From an uncultured Candidatus Saccharibacteria bacterium (GTDB lineage Bacteria; Patescibacteriota; Minisyncoccia; Phycocordibacterales; DAORIS01), in assembly GCA_964442365.1 (NCBI GenBank), contig CAYTZA010000001.1, positions 1 to 48,904 of the forward strand: a stretch of 48,904 nucleotides of DNA, given 5' to 3'. Below are positions 45,374 to 48,904 of this stretch, piece by piece (position 1 is the stretch's first letter; every line of letters begins with the position of its first letter). The translations under genes were made by a program, and so were the position numbers. The notes beneath the pieces were generated by a model. The model was not told where the DNA came from. It did not search any database and saw nothing but the letters and a program-made list of their open reading frames with translations.

Positions 45374-46522
45374 TCATACCATAGAGGCATTGCCAGAGGC
45401 TCTAATATCGCTATTGTCGATAGTTTTATCGTTTTTGAGCCATGTAATATACCCAGCCATAGCAATCATGGTGGCATTGTCCGTAGAAAGGTTCTTTGTT
45501 GGTATATGGAGGTGTAAATACATTTTCTCTGAGAGAATAGTAAACGCTTGTGTGATGTAATTATTTGCAATAACCCCGCCTCCTATAATAAGTGACTGTG
45601 CATAGTACTCCTCGAGAGCTTTTTTGGTTTTGGTAAGTAATACTTCTGTTACAGCATCTTCAAATTCTCTAGCAAGATCAGCTTTAAGTTCGTCTGTTAT
45701 TGCAGGTTTGTCTTTGAGAGTATAGAGCACTGCTGTTTTTATTCCTGAAAAAGAAAAATCATAATCCTGACTTTTAAGCATGGGTCTCGGAAGTGTATAA
45801 ACACGAGGGTAATTTTTTAAGCGTGCAATTTCAGCTAATTTTGATATCTCAGGTCCTCCTGGATATGGTAGTCCTATTAAGCGTGCCACTTTATCAAAAG
45901 CCTCTCCAACAGCGTCATCTCTAGTTGCTCCGATCATTTTATATTGTCCCCAACTCTGTACGAGTACTAGTTCAGTGTGTCCGCCACTTATAAGCAGTGC
46001 TAAAGCTGGAAATACTACAGGAGTTTTTGTTTCAGAAAGAAGTGGGGAAATAACATGACCTTCCATATGGTTAGTTGCTATGACTGGTATGTCCCAGACT
46101 TTTCCAAGTGCTTTGGCAAAATTGATCCCTACCCAAAGTGCGGGTTCTAATCCTGGTCCATAAGTAACTGCTATAGCGTCAATATTTGGTTTTTTAATAT
46201 TTGAGATATATTCGATAAAATCTTTATGTAAATCATATTCTCTTTCTAGAAGAGAAGATACTTCTTGGGTATTAATTTCGGTATAGCCTCCGTGTTCGGT
46301 CTTTGTTTTTTGTAGTAATTCTTTAAGAAGAGGTACGAGACGTTTGGCGTGTTCTCTTTTTGCTATAGCAGGGAATACTCCTCCAAAAGCTTTGTGTATA
46401 TCGATCTGTGAAAAAAGTACTGAATCTACAAGGTTAAAAGAGGGATTTTCTATGTCCCCGCCAGCTTCTACTATTGATAAAGCTGTTTCGTCACAACTTG
46501 TTTCTATACCGAGTATTCGCAT
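45374..46522 (-). CDS. tsaD: tRNA N6-adenosine threonylcarbamoyltransferase TsaD (Kae1/Gcp)
   Basis: ILGIETSCDETA, NHMEGH, SGGHT and GLPYPGGP. Confidence 0.92.
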   Translation of the reverse strand: MRILGIETSCDETALSIVEAGGDIENPSFNLVDSVLFSQIDIHKAFGGVFPAIAKREHAKRLVPLLKELLQKTKTEHGGYTEINTQEVSSLLEREYDLHKDFIEYISNIKKPNIDAIAVTYGPGLEPALWVGINFAKALGKVWDIPVIATNHMEGHVISPLLSETKTPVVFPALALLISGGHTELVLVQSWGQYKMIGATRDDAVGEAFDKVARLIGLPYPGGPEISKLAEIARLKNYPRVYTLPRPMLKSQDYDFSFSGIKTAVLYTLKDKPAITDELKADLAREFEDAVTEVLLTKTKKALEEYYAQSLIIGGGVIANNYITQAFTILSEKMYLHLHIPTKNLSTDNATMIAMAGYITWLKNDKTIDNSDIRASGNASMV

Positions 46523-46572
46523 TTTAATAATCTACATGAAAACACTTCTTTTAGCTAACAGTATTTTTTTAT

Positions 46573-46608
46573 AAAAAAGCCCCTAGGTACCTGGTGGTAT
46601 CTAGGGGC
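46573..46608 (-). terminator. Intrinsic terminator of the 46617..47132 ORF
   Basis: Perfect 8-bp stem GCCCCTAG/CTAGGGGC (46579-46586 / 46601-46608). The minus strand is followed by TTTTTT (complement of 46573-46578). Confidence 0.7.
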
Positions 46609-46616
46609 GGTGTTCT

Positions 46617-47132
46617 TTAACAGTGTGCAACAGAGTTGTGTTCGCGCTCTTGCTTACGCTTATCACGCCTTTTTTTTATAAGACTTTCTCGGTTTTGAAC
46701 CCAGTGATGATACCGAGCACTCTTCTTTTTGTTATCAGGTTCTAATCCATAGGCATTTCTACATCTACGGATAACAATTCCTGTCGTGGGATCTTTTTCT
46801 ACCCACTCTTTTACTCCGCGTCGCATCATAGCTAGAATCTCATGAGAAACTTGCTTTATGCGTTCCGGGAAAGAAAAGATTTTCGGATTGATTCTGATAA
46901 GGTAACAATCGGAAAGCTCAACATAACGGGTAGAGAATAGTTTGTTACCTGAATCAATTCCTAGCTCAACACAGACTCCGGTCCTCTCGCCAATAATTGT
47001 CGTTAAGCAAGGGACCTGTTTACTTGTACCAACTCTTTCTCTGTTGATATCGCGCATTATTTTTAGAATTACGTGACACGAGAGATCTGTTGTGCTTACT
47101 GTGGACGGAAAAGCGCGTGGCAAAGTATCCAT
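46617..47132 (-). CDS. Hypothetical 171-aa protein with a basic C-terminal tail, no recognisable family
   Basis: ATG at 47132, preceded by AAGGAG (47144-47139) and a 6-nt spacer. Composition is G+C-richer than its neighbours (26/60 for 46621-46680). It has its own terminator. Confidence 0.6.
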   Translation of the reverse strand: MDTLPRAFPSTVSTTDLSCHVILKIMRDINRERVGTSKQVPCLTTIIGERTGVCVELGIDSGNKLFSTRYVELSDCYLIRINPKIFSFPERIKQVSHEILAMMRRGVKEWVEKDPTTGIVIRRCRNAYGLEPDNKKKSARYHHWVQNRESLIKKRRDKRKQEREHNSVAHC

Positions 47133-47183
47133 AGCACACTCCTTTGTGAAAAGAACAATTTTCCAAAAAACACGTTGTTTTCT

Positions 47184-47248
47184 GGTCTTAGAGTAGTTAC
47201 TTGATTACCGCTCTAAGACCAAAACAAAACCCCCGCTTGTGGCGGAGG
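47184..47248 (-). promoter_or_regulatory. Structured leader: terminator-like hairpin plus U-tract, immediately followed by a perfect 10-bp hairpin
   Basis: The minus strand reads CCTCCGCC-acaa-GCGGGGG TTTTGTTTT (47248-47221), then GGTCTTAGAG-17 nt-CTCTAAGACC (47220-47184). This lies ~40 nt upstream of the SD at 47144. Confidence 0.5.
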
Positions 47249-47409
47249 TTTTGAGGTGGTGTGAGTTATATATACACGTCAATACTATCTCCGCTTAGGT
47301 AAGTCAAAAGTAATCTTAATAGTATTAAGCACAAATGTTGCGAGATGGAATTGGTGTGTCTTTGATGACATAAAGAATAGTGTAATATAGCTTATAAAAA
47401 AAGTAAATG

Positions 47410-47482
47410 TGCGCGGTGAGGGACTCGAACCCCCGGCATCAACAACGTCAATGTTGCGCTCTACCAGCTGAGCTAACCGCGC
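47410..47482 (-). tRNA. tRNA-Val (anticodon GAC)
   Basis: The reverse complement folds as acceptor GCGCGGT/ACCGCGC, D arm GCTC-AGCTGGTA-GAGC, anticodon arm CAACA-TTGACGT-TGTTG, T arm GGGGG-TTCGAGT-CCCTC, discriminator A. Confidence 0.92.
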
Positions 47483-47601
47483 ATAAACATACAAGTAGTA
47501 ATCTATCAAAAAATAGAGATATCCACAATTTTCCGAATATATTATGCAGTAGTAGTGATAACTATAGTAAAATATAGTTATTATTATACTAATATTTTTA
47601 T

Positions 47602-48904
47602 ATGCGTAAGGTACATTTGTATTTGAAGAAAAAGAGCGCTCTATATACTGACTGGCATAAGCATTCTGCGCATACTATGATGCATCTTCTGATTTTTACT
47701 GTAGTTGCAACCCTCCTTTATGGACAGATTTTTTCTGTATCTATGGAGATTATTAGAAATCAAACAGCTGCCGCTGTATCAGCTTCTGGTATTTTTGGAA
47801 CTAATTCTAATTCCCGTGAAGAGGTGGTGAAAGGATATAATAAGAGATTGCTAGATCTTGCAAGTCAATATGAAAAAGCGGATTCTCTTGAAAAGAAACA
47901 AAAAATTAACAAAGACCTCCGTGCTTTGATAGATATTCGTAAAAAAGAAATTATAAAAACAGCAAAAGAGGATCCACAAGCTTTTTATCGATTGGCTTTG
48001 ACGAGAGATATTAGAAATAAGATGCCTATCGATATTCAAAATTTACTTGAAAAGGATGTAAATATAGAAGGAGAATTAACTGTATTGATAGGGGACGATA
48101 TCGACGGAAAACGACACGAAGTTGCGTACGATGTAAAAAATAGTATTGATAATAAACATTATCGAGTGCGCATAGGTTCAGAATTAGAAAACTCACGTCT
48201 TAAGACAGAGCAGAAGGTCAAGATAAAAGGTATAAGTATTGATCAAGAGATTGTGCCAGAGTTTGGTGCTGGAGCAGGTGATACATCGTCTTTGCCAACG
48301 GGTGTAGAGATTGTTGGAGCTACGACTGATGTTTCTGCGATCAATGCTAAAAAAGTATTGGTGATTCTTACAAATTTTACTAACGACACACGTCAAACAG
48401 CAACTAAAGAGCAGGTGGCGGCTAGTATGTTCGGTCAGACTGATTCAGCCGCAGCATATTATGCCACTGTCTCAAATGGAGCTACTACCTTAACAGGAAA
48501 TGTTGTTGGATGGTTCACTGTTCCTTATCCAAATACAGGCTGTGATCAAACATCTACGCTTTATTCATGGGCATATGCCGCAGATGCTGCAGCCAAAGCT
48601 GCTGGATACGATCCTGCTTTATATGATCGTGTTATGTATATGTTGCCTGATAAAGCTGTTAGCTCGTATTGTTCTTGGGGTGGTTGGGGTACGTATGGTG
48701 GCAAACCTGGACGTACGTGGATTATGGGTCGGGTTGATTATACTTTGTATACTCATGAACAAGGACACAATTATGGTATGAATCATGCTCAGACACTTGA
48801 TTGTGGCACCAGTCAGATTTCTACAAGCTGTACTGCTTCTGAATATGGGGATAATCATGATCCTATGGGTAATAGTTGGATGAAATTATATTGGAATTAT
48901 TTCT
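47602..48904 (+). CDS. Membrane-anchored metzincin-type zinc metalloprotease (gametolysin/M11-like), partial; continues off the right edge
   Basis: Not in the supplied ORF track. I translated the frame from ATG 47602 by hand and found no stop through 48903. It has an N-terminal TM helix (LLIFTVVATLLYG) and an HExxHxxGxxH motif (THEQGHNYGMNHA). Confidence 0.75.
   Translation, partial: MRKVHLYLKKKSALYTDWHKHSAHTMMHLLIFTVVATLLYGQIFSVSMEIIRNQTAAAVSASGIFGTNSNSREEVVKGYNKRLLDLASQYEKADSLEKKQKINKDLRALIDIRKKEIIKTAKEDPQAFYRLALTRDIRNKMPIDIQNLLEKDVNIEGELTVLIGDDIDGKRHEVAYDVKNSIDNKHYRVRIGSELENSRLKTEQKVKIKGISIDQEIVPEFGAGAGDTSSLPTGVEIVGATTDVSAINAKKVLVILTNFTNDTRQTATKEQVAASMFGQTDSAAAYYATVSNGATTLTGNVVGWFTVPYPNTGCDQTSTLYSWAYAADAAAKAAGYDPALYDRVMYMLPDKAVSSYCSWGGWGTYGGKPGRTWIMGRVDYTLYTHEQGHNYGMNHAQTLDCGTSQISTSCTASEYGDNHDPMGNSWMKLYWNYF

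Overview
This window is an AT-rich, tightly packed bacterial chromosome segment. Many genes overlap by 4-16 nt and almost none has a Shine-Dalgarno (SD) sequence. The gene content and style look like a small-genome Patescibacteria/CPR-type organism, but that assignment is an inference.

From left to right the window contains:
- the 3' end of the 16S rRNA, a 1.4-kb G+C-rich insert, and tRNA-Ile(GAU);
- pyk, radC, murD and murC;
- a small membrane protein, a TIM-barrel glycosidase-like protein and a VirD4/TraD-like ATPase;
- a six-gene minus-strand glycan-assembly cluster (GT2, GT11 fucosyltransferase, GT4, GT13-like, a two-domain GT, Wzx flippase), facing a Wzy_C+TPR membrane protein;
- a structured spacer and murB, then a HigB/HigA-like toxin-antitoxin pair;
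- secA, a PLD/Cls-like protein, eno, an ACP-like ORF, gpmI, an AI-2E permease, MYG1, obg and gatB;
- RNase P RNA, a second Wzy_C-like+TPR protein, murJ, lepA, an FtsB-like protein and a glutaredoxin-like protein;
- a disrupted endonuclease-like ORF wedged between a tRNA-like 5' half and tRNA-Arg(CCU);
- tRNA-Phe, hsp20, prsW, valS, tsaD, tRNA-Val, and a partial metzincin protease that runs off the right edge.

The most unusual signal cuts across the whole window. The 16S 3' tail has no CCUCC anti-SD and the housekeeping genes have no SD. Even so, six short, visibly G+C-richer ORFs each carry a canonical AAGGAG 4-8 nt before the ATG. Five of the six end in a strong intrinsic terminator, and three have a recognisable sigma70-type promoter (two near-consensus, one moderate). 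Five of the six sit beside an rRNA or tRNA gene.

I saw no CRISPR array, integrase, transposase or reverse transcriptase. All protein identifications come from motif recognition by eye, not from database searches.
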